This document shows positions 26,360 to 35,772 of a DNA stretch of 64,000 nucleotides, in pieces. Each line of letters opens with the position of its first letter. Position 1 is the stretch's first letter. The notes under the pieces are model-generated. The model had not been told where the DNA came from. It worked only from the letters and a program-made list of their open reading frames with translations, and made no database searches. Origin of the DNA: Thermoproteota archaeon (GTDB lineage Archaea > Thermoproteota > Thermoprotei_A > Sulfolobales > Ignisphaeraceae); contig JAUQPB010000001.1 of NCBI GenBank assembly GCA_030550585.1, positions 608,001 through 672,000 on the forward strand. Direction: 5' to 3'. The position numbers and the translations under genes were made by a program.

Positions 26360-28912
26360 GTGATAAAGAGGCTGGTTATGGCAGTAGCTGTGGTAGCTCT
26401 AATAGTTATTGGGGCGCTAATCTACTACATGGCTCTCTATACAAATAGACCCAGTACACCAGCATTAACCACCTCCACACCATTAACACCGCCGATACAA
26501 ACAGTGTTAACACCAACAATAGAAACAAGTATCTCCTCAATAACGCAGCTACAAACACCTACAGCTTTGTCCAGCATTACGATAAAACCCTTGAACACAA
26601 CATTTTTAAGTAGCACAACATCACCATCTTATATCATGACTCCTACAAATACAGAAACAAGAGAGACTACTAGCACACCTACACCAACCCAGATGACCCA
26701 GTCTACAACATTACCCCAACCAGCATTTACTGTAACTAGTGTTGCACCATCTATTGTGGTGAGTAGTTATACCCAGAACGCCTCTTGTTATGATGTCGTC
26801 GAAATAAACTTTGATGTTAGTGGTATAAAGTATTCTAATCCTTTTGACAGTAGCGAGATAGATGTCTATGCAACTATTCTTACACCAGATAACAAATTAT
26901 TGGCGGTTCCAGCATTCTATACAAAAGACTATGAAATTCAAAATGTGTCGCTAAATGAAGATCTTGTTGTGTTTATGGGGAAGCCCCACTGGAGCATAAG
27001 ATTCACGCCACAGGCTGAGGGAGTATACAAAGTTTCTTTAATTGCTAAGAGCAAGGATGTTGAGATTAGAAGCAATACTCTAGAGATCTATGTGAAGAGC
27101 TGTGACAAATCTTTGAAGGGTTTTGCACATTTTGATAAGGATAGCGGGTATATAAGATTTGACAATGGCTCTTCACAGATTCTTATCGGGCTAGACTTGG
27201 CGTGGGCGCCCAAGGCAAGTGCATCAATATCGTTTTACAGAAGCTGGTTTGAGAGATTGAGTAATAGTGGTGTGAAGGTTGTTAGAATAGGTCTTGTGCC
27301 ATGGTCTCTCAACCTAGAGTGGAACAAGCTCCACTCATACGACTTAGCATCTGCTGCTAGACTAGATGAGATATTGGAGCTTGCTAGAAAATATGACATC
27401 TACATAATATTCGTTTTCATGTGGCATGACGAGCTGGCGAGCAAATGGAGCGACAACCCCTATAATGCTAAAAACGGTGGTTTTCTGGCTTCTCCAGAAC
27501 AGTTTTGGAGTAATCAAAAAGCTATAGAGATTTTCAAGGACAGGGTAAGATATGTCATTGCTAGGTGGGGATACTCTCCAAACATAATTGCGTGGGAACT
27601 TGTAAACGAGGCTGATCTAACAACAAACTTTTACCAGGCAAGAGACAGCTTTGTTTCGTGGGTGGCTAATCTAAGCTCCTATGTAAAGTCATTGGATCCA
27701 TACAAAAGAGCTGTTACAATCAGTCTAGCAGACTACAACTCTGAGCCGAGGGTGTGGCAGCTAGATACAATAGACATTATAACTGTTCATAGATATGGTC
27801 CTTCAGGGCTCAAAGACATTGCATCAGCGTTTCCAGAGATCATAGAATCTCTGAGAGCAAAATATGGTAAACCCGTTGTCATAACCGAGTTCGGAGACGA
27901 TTACAGATGGATTGGATACCCAGGTTTCACCGGAACACCTTATTGGGCTTTAGACAAGAGTGGCGTTGGTTTGCATGAGGGGCTTTGGAGCTCCATATTT
28001 GCAGGCTCGCCAATCTCTGCTATGAGCTGGTGGTGGGATACCCAGATAGAGAGGTATAGTCTGTTCTATCACTTCAAAGCCCTAAGCAACTTTCTAGGTG
28101 GTTTAGACCCCCTAAAAAGTGGGTTGAGCAAAGTTGATGTAGTGGTGGAGAATGCGACTACAGGTAGAGGCTATATATCGAATATAACGATATACCCCAT
28201 GGCTGGGTGGATCACGCCTGGAGGTGGACAACAAAAACAGAATACATATGTTATCAATCCGAATGGATCTATAGAAGGCGATCTATCTCTACTAAGTAGC
28301 TTTGTATATGGAAAGAGCCACTATCAAAACTTCTTAAACCCGATATTCAATGTCACAATGCTTCAAAAGGGGAGGTTTATAATACATATAAACTCTGTTG
28401 GGAGGGGAGGAGCAAAAGCCAGCATATATGTTGACGGTGTGAAGATTAAGGAAGTTGATTTGCCTGATAAGGATGGTAAGAGTGATGAGGCGGCAAACGA
28501 ATATGGAATCGATATAGAAGTTGATCTAGAGCCTGGCGAACATGCCATTAAAATAGATAATGATGGAGTTGACTGGTTCACATGGGACTATATAATAATA
28601 GAAAATGCTGTCTATGCAAAGGCGAAGATCCAGGCATTAGCACTAGGCAACAGAACCTTTGTCATGCTTTGGATTAGAAACAAAGACTATAACTGGTGGA
28701 ATGTGATAAACAATGTCACCATAGATAAGATGGAGAACGTTACAATATCTCTAAACAATCTAGAGGACGGTGTCTACAAAATTGAGTTTTGGGACACGTA
28801 CCAGGGTATTGTAGTGCATGAAGAGAATGTCAATGTATCTGGTGGTAGAATTGAGATTGTTATTAAAGAGCTTGACAAGGATATAGCCATAAAAATATTT
28901 AAAATTGGATAG
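26360..28912 (+). CDS. Membrane-anchored multidomain GH5-like endoglucanase (EBI-244-like, with DUF5060-like domain)
   Basis: TM helix, T/P-rich stalk, NPFD...VPAFY...WSIRFTP domain, RYVIARWGYSPNIIAWELVNE (E417), KPVVITEFG (E510), MSWWWD, C-terminal beta domains. Confidence 0.8.
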   Translation: MIKRLVMAVAVVALIVIGALIYYMALYTNRPSTPALTTSTPLTPPIQTVLTPTIETSISSITQLQTPTALSSITIKPLNTTFLSSTTSPSYIMTPTNTETRETTSTPTPTQMTQSTTLPQPAFTVTSVAPSIVVSSYTQNASCYDVVEINFDVSGIKYSNPFDSSEIDVYATILTPDNKLLAVPAFYTKDYEIQNVSLNEDLVVFMGKPHWSIRFTPQAEGVYKVSLIAKSKDVEIRSNTLEIYVKSCDKSLKGFAHFDKDSGYIRFDNGSSQILIGLDLAWAPKASASISFYRSWFERLSNSGVKVVRIGLVPWSLNLEWNKLHSYDLASAARLDEILELARKYDIYIIFVFMWHDELASKWSDNPYNAKNGGFLASPEQFWSNQKAIEIFKDRVRYVIARWGYSPNIIAWELVNEADLTTNFYQARDSFVSWVANLSSYVKSLDPYKRAVTISLADYNSEPRVWQLDTIDIITVHRYGPSGLKDIASAFPEIIESLRAKYGKPVVITEFGDDYRWIGYPGFTGTPYWALDKSGVGLHEGLWSSIFAGSPISAMSWWWDTQIERYSLFYHFKALSNFLGGLDPLKSGLSKVDVVVENATTGRGYISNITIYPMAGWITPGGGQQKQNTYVINPNGSIEGDLSLLSSFVYGKSHYQNFLNPIFNVTMLQKGRFIIHINSVGRGGAKASIYVDGVKIKEVDLPDKDGKSDEAANEYGIDIEVDLEPGEHAIKIDNDGVDWFTWDYIIIENAVYAKAKIQALALGNRTFVMLWIRNKDYNWWNVINNVTIDKMENVTISLNNLEDGVYKIEFWDTYQGIVVHEENVNVSGGRIEIVIKELDKDIAIKIFKIG

Positions 28913-28925
28913 CCTCTGTAAAAGT

Positions 28926-30392
28926 CTATGCCTTGTAGAGCTCTTGTAGTTTTACCCATTTTTTCTCAAAACTTTCTTTGAATTTCCTGTAGATTTTTGT
29001 TAATTCAGCATCTGGATCAACAATCTCTACCGGTTTTAGGAATCTCTGTTTAATCTCGTTTATGTTGGTATATATCTTGTTTCTATATAGAACAGGTATT
29101 ATTGTTCCAATGCCGACGAGATCTCCATGTACAACGACTCTTCGCTCATATACAGAGGCTCTTATTCTATTCCAAAGCTTGGATCTGACAGCACCGCCTG
29201 TTAAATTAACTTCGCTTATATTGACATTGAATAGCTTTTGGAATAAATCTATGTAGTAGTTTTCGAGCATGGTTATTCCAAGCACCACACTCCTCAATAT
29301 CCTGCCAATGACAACATCTCTCGACTGGTCATACATAATAAAGTTTATGAGTGCAGGAGCGAGGTTAGGATCGTAAAATGGGCCTCTATCTCCATATGGG
29401 AAGAAGAGATACTCTGTCCCAGCCTCAACAGCCTCGATATATCTAAAAGCCTCTCCTACAGATAATCCAAAGACTTTTTCTGAAATCCATGATAGATAGG
29501 CTCCTGTGAAACCTGTTGCTGAACCAGCTAGATATCCGTCTAGGGGGTGTACATGGTAGTATATAGCTGGGTGCATGATTATCCTATCAACAGATATTTT
29601 TGGCACTGTCGTTGATCCTGTATATATATTTACATCTCCTTTTCCAATAGCTCCTCCAGCTAGTGCAGCTGCATTTCCATCTGTCATACCCTGGTACACG
29701 CTTGCACCATATAAACCCAGTCTTTGTGCAATGCGGCTCTTAGCTCTACATATAAACTCCCCCGGTGGGGCTAAACCGGGGAGCTTATCTATTTCTATGC
29801 CTATTGCGTTGTATAGAGGTTCAAACCATTTTGGAGGTCTTGAGAGTATATCTAGACCAAACTTCAATGCATTCGTATAATCAGTTCTAACATCTTCCCA
29901 CGGCTCTCCCTCGTCATAGCAAAGCCTGTAGAGCAGCCATGTTGCAGCAGGGACAAACTTATAAACATTTCCATATATGTTGCTAAGAGTTTTTTTCATG
30001 AAGAGCATCTTGACGAAAGGCGATGACACATCAACGCTAACACCATGTTTTGAAAGCTCGTTGACAGCCTCAAGACTCTTGATCTCATCAAAGACATCAC
30101 CCCTCTTTTCATAGTACATAACTGGGCCGTGGAGAGGGTTACCAAGTTTGTCTATGGCTATGAAGGTTCCTGATGTGCTATCCACAGAGACATGTTTCTC
30201 ACAGTCTGTGCAGTTCTTAACAACAGTTGGCATAGCCTCGTCTATTGCCTTGATCCACTCCTCAACAGCTTGCTTTGATATACTGGCTTTTCCAGCTGAT
30301 ATTAGATTCCCCTCTACATCATATACCTCTACACGAACGCCACTACTACCAACATCTATTCCAATAAATAGCTGTTTGCTCATTTGAATCAC
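28926..30392 (-). CDS. FGGY carbohydrate kinase, D-ribulose/xylulose kinase-like (SePSK/AtXK1-like, C5-phosphorylating)
   Basis: GIDVGSSGVR, VDSTSGT, TDYTNALKFG, GMTDGNAAALAGG, GSTTVPK, TGGAVRS; the DYxNALKxG and TDxxAA motifs resemble the SePSK/AtXK1 subgroup. Confidence 0.75.
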   Translation of the reverse strand: MIQMSKQLFIGIDVGSSGVRVEVYDVEGNLISAGKASISKQAVEEWIKAIDEAMPTVVKNCTDCEKHVSVDSTSGTFIAIDKLGNPLHGPVMYYEKRGDVFDEIKSLEAVNELSKHGVSVDVSSPFVKMLFMKKTLSNIYGNVYKFVPAATWLLYRLCYDEGEPWEDVRTDYTNALKFGLDILSRPPKWFEPLYNAIGIEIDKLPGLAPPGEFICRAKSRIAQRLGLYGASVYQGMTDGNAAALAGGAIGKGDVNIYTGSTTVPKISVDRIIMHPAIYYHVHPLDGYLAGSATGFTGAYLSWISEKVFGLSVGEAFRYIEAVEAGTEYLFFPYGDRGPFYDPNLAPALINFIMYDQSRDVVIGRILRSVVLGITMLENYYIDLFQKLFNVNISEVNLTGGAVRSKLWNRIRASVYERRVVVHGDLVGIGTIIPVLYRNKIYTNINEIKQRFLKPVEIVDPDAELTKIYRKFKESFEKKWVKLQELYKA

Positions 30393-31882
30393 CTTGTATA
30401 ACCTATTATCTTCAAAAACCTTTCGTAGGCCTCTTCATGCTCTCCGCTGTGCCTAGGCTCAAAGACCCTGACCTTGTAGGAGTTTCTAACATATTCTCTA
30501 AGCTCTTTCAAAGATTTTATAATGCCGAGTCCAGCAACCTGCAAGAGAACGTTTCCTATGGACGTCGCCTCCTCGGGCCCGGCATAAACAACCTTGTTTG
30601 TGAAATCTGCTGTTAGCTGATTCAAGAACCAGTTTCTAGAGCCTCCACCAAATATGTTTATCCCCTTGAGCCTTCTTCCAAGAAGATCCTCAGCCTGTTC
30701 GAAGACAAGTCTATACTTCAATGCGAGGCTCTCGAAAACAATTCTAAACAGCTCTCCAAGCCCCTGAGGCTTTCTCTGCCCGGTTTTCTCAAGATAAGAC
30801 ATTATAGCGTCTACCATGTTTTCTGGTGCTATAAACCCCTCATAGTCTGGGTCTATAAAGGCTGTGAATGGCTTTGCCTCTTGAGCTATCCTCAAAATCT
30901 CTTCATATGATAGCTGCTGACCTCTATCAGCTAAAACCCTTCTAATCTCCTCAACAATCCACATACCCTGCACATTTCTTAGAAATGTTATTGTGTTGAA
31001 TGCCCCACCCTCATTGGTATAGTTGTACTCCATAGCCTTTCTATTGATTAGCGGATGAGGAAGTTCAACACCAACCAGAGACCATGTGCCAGAGCTTACA
31101 TAGCCAACATCCTCAGAAACCATGGGCCCAGCAGCAATGGCTGAGGCGGTGTCATGTGTTGCAGGCGCAACAACGTCTATTTCCTTTGGTATGTCAAGTT
31201 CAGAAGCAAGTCTAGGATTAATCTTTCCAATTCTTGTTCCAGGCTCTATAACATCTGGGAATATATGTGTGGGAATACCCAAAGCTTCTAAAATGTCGAA
31301 GGCCCATTTCTTTGCGCCTGGATCTAGAAACTGTGTTGTTGTGGCCTCAGTGTATTCAGCAAGTTTTTCGCCTGTTAGCCAGTAGTTGAAGAGGTCTGGT
31401 ATCATGAGAAATGTCTTGGCTATTCTAAGCTTCGGATCATTGTAGTAGACCATGGAGAATATCTGATACAAGGTGTTTATTCTTATAAACTGTATACCCG
31501 TTCTCTCATAGATCTTCTCTTTAGGAACCCTCTTGAAAACCTCTTCCATCATGCCCTCGGTTCTCGGATCTCTATATGTATGGGGATTTTCTATGAGCAT
31601 CCCCCTCTCATCTAGTAAAGCAAAGTCTATACCCCAGGTGTCAACACCTATTGAAACAAGATCCTTGCCATATCTCTTATATGCAAGTTTAATAGCTGTC
31701 TTCATCTCATGCCATATCCTCAAAACATCCCAGTAGAGACCATCATCAACCCTTATCATAAAGTTTGGCCATCTATAAAGCTCCTCAACACTCACAGTCT
31801 TCTCCTTCTCATCTACAAAACCCATCATTGCCCTGCAACTAGATGCTCCAAGGTCGAACGCCAAAATCGCTATTTTGCCCAT
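30389..31882 (-). CDS. rhaB: Rhamnulokinase/fuculokinase-like FGGY kinase (C1-phosphorylating)
   Basis: AFDLGASSCR, GVDTWGIDF, YRDPRT, TGIQFxxINTLYQ, MIPDLFNYWLTG, HDTASA, SSGTWSLVG, TNEGG, ESLALKY, GGGSRN, AGPEEAT. Confidence 0.85.
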   Translation of the reverse strand: MGKIAILAFDLGASSCRAMMGFVDEKEKTVSVEELYRWPNFMIRVDDGLYWDVLRIWHEMKTAIKLAYKRYGKDLVSIGVDTWGIDFALLDERGMLIENPHTYRDPRTEGMMEEVFKRVPKEKIYERTGIQFIRINTLYQIFSMVYYNDPKLRIAKTFLMIPDLFNYWLTGEKLAEYTEATTTQFLDPGAKKWAFDILEALGIPTHIFPDVIEPGTRIGKINPRLASELDIPKEIDVVAPATHDTASAIAAGPMVSEDVGYVSSGTWSLVGVELPHPLINRKAMEYNYTNEGGAFNTITFLRNVQGMWIVEEIRRVLADRGQQLSYEEILRIAQEAKPFTAFIDPDYEGFIAPENMVDAIMSYLEKTGQRKPQGLGELFRIVFESLALKYRLVFEQAEDLLGRRLKGINIFGGGSRNWFLNQLTADFTNKVVYAGPEEATSIGNVLLQVAGLGIIKSLKELREYVRNSYKVRVFEPRHSGEHEEAYERFLKIIGYTR

Positions 31883-31961
31883 GGTCTCACAACATTAGTT
31901 AATAAAGGTTTCAAAAATAAAAACTTTTCATCGAATTACTGCCAATTATTATTATCAAACA

Positions 31962-32699
31962 CTAAATTTTTCTAGTTACAGACCCCTTCTGTAGATACCT
32001 CAACAGTATGTCGTCCCATCTAACAAATAGGGTTATAGCCATTATACCGGTGAGCAATACTGTTGTGAAAATGAAGACTATAGCCTCGTTTTCCACCAGC
32101 TGTTCTCCAACAAGCCCCACGGCTCTGCCAGCCAATATGATGACCAATATCATTATAAACTTTCCCAAAAAGGTAACTGGCATCACTTTCCAAATACTAT
32201 ACCCCATCATGCCAAGCGGTATGTAGAGAACCTTGTCTGGAAGGTGAGTGAAAGCAAATATGAAAACAAGTAGAGCAACGGCTTTGTAGCCCCACATCTC
32301 GACGAGCTTCAATAGGCTCTCCAACCTATTGATATATCCTGTGTTTCTCAAAGCTTCTCTACTAATCCTTCCAACAACCCATGCAATAGCTTCTCCAAGT
32401 GCAGAGCCCAAACCACTTAAAATAGATAATAAGATTATATATGCAAGGTTCATTTTGTAGAGAGAAGCTATTAAGAAGATTATGTATGTATATGGTATTG
32501 GCACTATAGAGATTGATGCTATAAATGATATTAGAAAAGATGCAAGGAGGAAATTGATGCTAAATAAAAAGGATATAAAGACTTTCCTAAATATGAAAAT
32601 CACTATGCTGGTTACAACCAATATGAGTATTGTAGAAAACGCCTCAGCAACTTTAGCTATCCTCCTAGGCAAGCTCATTTGTTGCACCAAATAGGGCAA
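31962..32699 (-). CDS. DedA/VTT (SNARE-associated) membrane protein
   Basis: IVPIPY, GLGSALGEAIAWVVGR, FAFTHLPD...PLGMMGY...GKF. Confidence 0.8.
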   Translation of the reverse strand: MPYLVQQMSLPRRIAKVAEAFSTILILVVTSIVIFIFRKVFISFLFSINFLLASFLISFIASISIVPIPYTYIIFLIASLYKMNLAYIILLSILSGLGSALGEAIAWVVGRISREALRNTGYINRLESLLKLVEMWGYKAVALLVFIFAFTHLPDKVLYIPLGMMGYSIWKVMPVTFLGKFIMILVIILAGRAVGLVGEQLVENEAIVFIFTTVLLTGIMAITLFVRWDDILLRYLQKGSVTRKI

Positions 32700-32779
32700 C
32701 GCATTTTATAAGTTTATAAAACGTCTCTTCTACAGTCCTGTAATACACAGTTATAAGCTTTAGATTTTGAATAATTTCA

Positions 32780-32831
32780 GTGATGAGCTCGTAAGGTGAA
32801 ATGATTAGGTGATTGGGGAGGTTTCGGCTGA
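32780..32831 (+). ncRNA. Box C/D methylation-guide sRNA
   Basis: C GTGATGA, guide GCTCGTAAGGTGAA, D' ATGA, C' GTGATTG, 12-nt guide GGGAGGTTTCGG, D CTGA overlapping ATG 32831. Confidence 0.7.
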
Positions 32832-33553
32832 TGAGAATTAAAATAAAACTGTTTTCGCTTTTTAAAGAGATTTTCAACTCAGATGAAATTGAGGTACAGT
32901 TTGAGAAAAATAGTGTGACTGTCGAAGAGCTAAAGGAGGCTCTAGCTAAGATCAGTCCTAAGGCGAGGAATGTTTTAAGCAGTGTGGAGCCTATTATCAT
33001 GGTTAACGGAATTGTTGCTGATGCGAATACAAATATTGGTGAGGTGGATGAGGTAGCCCTTCTACCACCTATGTCAGGAGGCTCGAAGCATGTTAGTGTC
33101 AAACTCTTTGTAGATGATCGTGATGTTGATATAGAGTCGAGGGTTAGGGATATTTTGACCAAGGTTGGTGGTGAGGGTGTGGGAGCAATAGCGATTTTTG
33201 TTGGTGTTGTCAAGGATGTTGTAGATGGGTATAAGGTTAGAGAGCTTGTTTATGAGGCTTATGAACCCTATGCAACAAAGACCCTGGAGAGAATAGCTGT
33301 TGAGGAAAGCGTTAATGAGAACATTAAAGCGATTGAGATTATGCATAGAGTTGGTGCTGCCAAACCTGGTGAAAAAACCCTTTGCATAATAGTTGCTTCG
33401 AGGAATAGAAAAGAAGCGTTAGATACATTGTCAAGAGTTTTAGAGAGGGTAAAGCACGAGGTTCCCATATTCAAGCTTGAGAAGAGAGAGGATGGAGAAT
33501 ACTATGTAATTGGAGATGGTAAAAGAGTTAAGAGCCCGAGCGAGGTTTCTTAA
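32831..33553 (+). CDS. moaE: Fused molybdopterin synthase MoaD-MoaE (ORF track starts 32813; likely ATG 32831)
   Basis: Ubiquitin-like MRIKIKLF...DEVALLPPMSGG, then MoaE GAIAIFVGVV, YEAY, HRVG, ERVKHEVPIFKLE. Confidence 0.9.
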   Translation: MRIKIKLFSLFKEIFNSDEIEVQFEKNSVTVEELKEALAKISPKARNVLSSVEPIIMVNGIVADANTNIGEVDEVALLPPMSGGSKHVSVKLFVDDRDVDIESRVRDILTKVGGEGVGAIAIFVGVVKDVVDGYKVRELVYEAYEPYATKTLERIAVEESVNENIKAIEIMHRVGAAKPGEKTLCIIVASRNRKEALDTLSRVLERVKHEVPIFKLEKREDGEYYVIGDGKRVKSPSEVS

Positions 33554-34436
33554 CTAAAACCACCTTGTTTTGCAACCCAACCTTCTCTATCCTTACATAG
33601 CCGAGCTTCTCAAGTTTTTTCACATGCCTCCACAACGTGGTTCTCGGAACAGGAACATCTTTCTGCAACTCTGATTGTAGTGCCGATCCACCTCTTTTTT
33701 CAAGGCTTTTCAGAATAGCTAAATCAACATCGCTTAGAAATTCCACCTCTCTTTCTTTCCCACTCCTAGCTCTAGACATATACAGGTAGGCTATGAAGAG
33801 TGCAACTGCGCCTAGCGCCACACCAATGATTATAAAGACTATGTTAGGCTGTGACTGAGAGGTTTTTGGCGCTACTACTGGGGTGGTGAACTGCTGTGGT
33901 TGTGTGGTCTCCTTAACAATATAGTTGATTGTAGGCTCGTCTGAGAATTCTATGTAGAGTATAGAGTTGTTGACATAGCCATAGTCAGAGATATTGTTTG
34001 GTACTGTCAGCAAGATTATGTTTGGAGCTAGATATAGTTTGTACATATATTCTTTAGATAGATGAAGAGAAAAGGCATTATTCTCGATACTAACGTTTGC
34101 CACATACTCAATATCACAACTTGCATTGATTGTCGAGACTATGTAGAGAGTATTAGATTTATCGTCATAGAGAAATGGAAGTTCTTGACTATTCAAAACA
34201 ACTGTAATGGTCTCTATAATAGGTGTCACAGGCAAAACAACAATGTTTACACCAGTACTCAAGTTCATCTTTATTCTGATATGTGCCACGCCATTAGAAT
34301 CTATATAGATGTGTGCAATTGGCTTTAAAGAATATATGCTGATCGTACTTGTGCCAGCTATAAATAGTGCAAATAGGGTTATGAGAAGCAAGGAGTATGG
34401 TATTCTAATCAATGTCCGTATCACCTCAGAGTACAT
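33528..34436 (-). CDS. Membrane-spanning protein with an extracellular beta domain and a cytoplasmic winged HTH (COG2512-like)
   Basis: N-terminal hydrophobic segment, beta-rich domain, T/Q/P linker, TM helix, then LSDVDLAIL...GGSALQSEL...RTTLWRHVKKLEKLGYVRI. Confidence 0.8.
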   Translation of the reverse strand: MYSEVIRTLIRIPYSLLLITLFALFIAGTSTISIYSLKPIAHIYIDSNGVAHIRIKMNLSTGVNIVVLPVTPIIETITVVLNSQELPFLYDDKSNTLYIVSTINASCDIEYVANVSIENNAFSLHLSKEYMYKLYLAPNIILLTVPNNISDYGYVNNSILYIEFSDEPTINYIVKETTQPQQFTTPVVAPKTSQSQPNIVFIIIGVALGAVALFIAYLYMSRARSGKEREVEFLSDVDLAILKSLEKRGGSALQSELQKDVPVPRTTLWRHVKKLEKLGYVRIEKVGLQNKVVLVKKPRSGS

Positions 34437-34542
34437 TGTTGTGGTGGAATAAAAACTCTATTTTTCAGAACCAATATTATGGTAGGGTAGAGGTTTGACA
34501 TGGAGAAAACAATTATGCTTATGTGAGCAAATGATTTAGATT

Positions 34543-35772
34543 TTAGGTAAATAGGTAGCTTTTCTGAGGGTTCGTTAAACCAAGTGCTATTAATGCATCG
34601 CCTCCAACCTCAACACCGTATGTCATGATGAGTCTATACAGCCTCTTCAACGATGCGGTTTCAAGTCTTATGAATCTATCGGCATAGTCTATTGGTATCG
34701 GTACAGCGTTTTGCGATGTATTATGCATTACATATTCTAGGACATCTTCTATTCTTGACCTTGGATAGACATCCAGTCTTATAGCTTGGGGATACACCAT
34801 ATCGCTAACCGGTTTGTAGAAGACTATAGCAGTTTCTCTCATTACATCACAGATGTTCTTTAATCCACTAACAGCATTGCCGCTCGAACAGGTTTCAAGC
34901 ATATCCAGTATTGTTTGTATTCTTTTCTGTTTTAAAGCCTTTGACGATCTCTTCATTATGCTGAGGTGCATCTTAAATATGTCTAGATAGCTGCTTATCA
35001 CAGCATATTCTCCTGGTTCAAGAACATAGCTGAGTATAACCTTGTCATTCAGTCTCCTCAATAGCCTGGCAAGTTCGCTGTCAAGTCCCTCGATATAGGA
35101 TGCTATAAATCTGCTTGAAACTCTTTTAACAACTCCAACAACAGGCAACCCAAGATCGGACGCCTTTCTAAGTAGTCTCAGCAACTTTGATGAACCTATG
35201 GATATAAGCTCATCAATTTCTTTGATATTTTCTAGGCTATTCTCATCGGCGTTTTTAGCTGGGTTGAAGAATGAAGGGCGGGTAGAGAAGTAGAGAGACC
35301 CGTCAAGCATAACCATATCTACATAACTATGTTTATCTAGAGCCTTTAGAGCAGTGTCATACTCTAGAATCTTTGCATAAACCTCTATAGCTGTATTCAC
35401 ATACCTTTCACTGTTTCCAACAATTGACGACATTCTGCATATCTCATATGATGAGGTGCCGCTTGGGCCAACAACAACATATCCAGAGACTATAACGCCG
35501 AAGACCCCAGATACTATCTCTAGTGTTGGCTTACTCCATGTGCTATCAACTGCTACAACTATTCTACCACCATTTTCTACAACCCCAGAGAATTTTCTGA
35601 TCTCGAGAAATCTTCTAACCTTATCCCTATTCTCTAGTGCAGGCCTAGCATAATTTGCATAGACCTTGCTTACAATATCCTTTGCCGCCTCAACCAAAGC
35701 TGTTGTTAGCTCGGGGTTTTCGTCTGTAAGCTCGATTAATTTTCCAGAAAACTCTTCATCCTCATGCAACAT
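34543..35772 (-). CDS. nurA: NurA-family nuclease
   Basis: AVDST, MLDGSL, GVVKRVSS, DKVILS...LEPGE, PIPIDYAD; overlaps the upstream herA. Confidence 0.8.
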   Translation of the reverse strand: MLHEDEEFSGKLIELTDENPELTTALVEAAKDIVSKVYANYARPALENRDKVRRFLEIRKFSGVVENGGRIVVAVDSTWSKPTLEIVSGVFGVIVSGYVVVGPSGTSSYEICRMSSIVGNSERYVNTAIEVYAKILEYDTALKALDKHSYVDMVMLDGSLYFSTRPSFFNPAKNADENSLENIKEIDELISIGSSKLLRLLRKASDLGLPVVGVVKRVSSRFIASYIEGLDSELARLLRRLNDKVILSYVLEPGEYAVISSYLDIFKMHLSIMKRSSKALKQKRIQTILDMLETCSSGNAVSGLKNICDVMRETAIVFYKPVSDMVYPQAIRLDVYPRSRIEDVLEYVMHNTSQNAVPIPIDYADRFIRLETASLKRLYRLIMTYGVEVGGDALIALGLTNPQKSYLFT

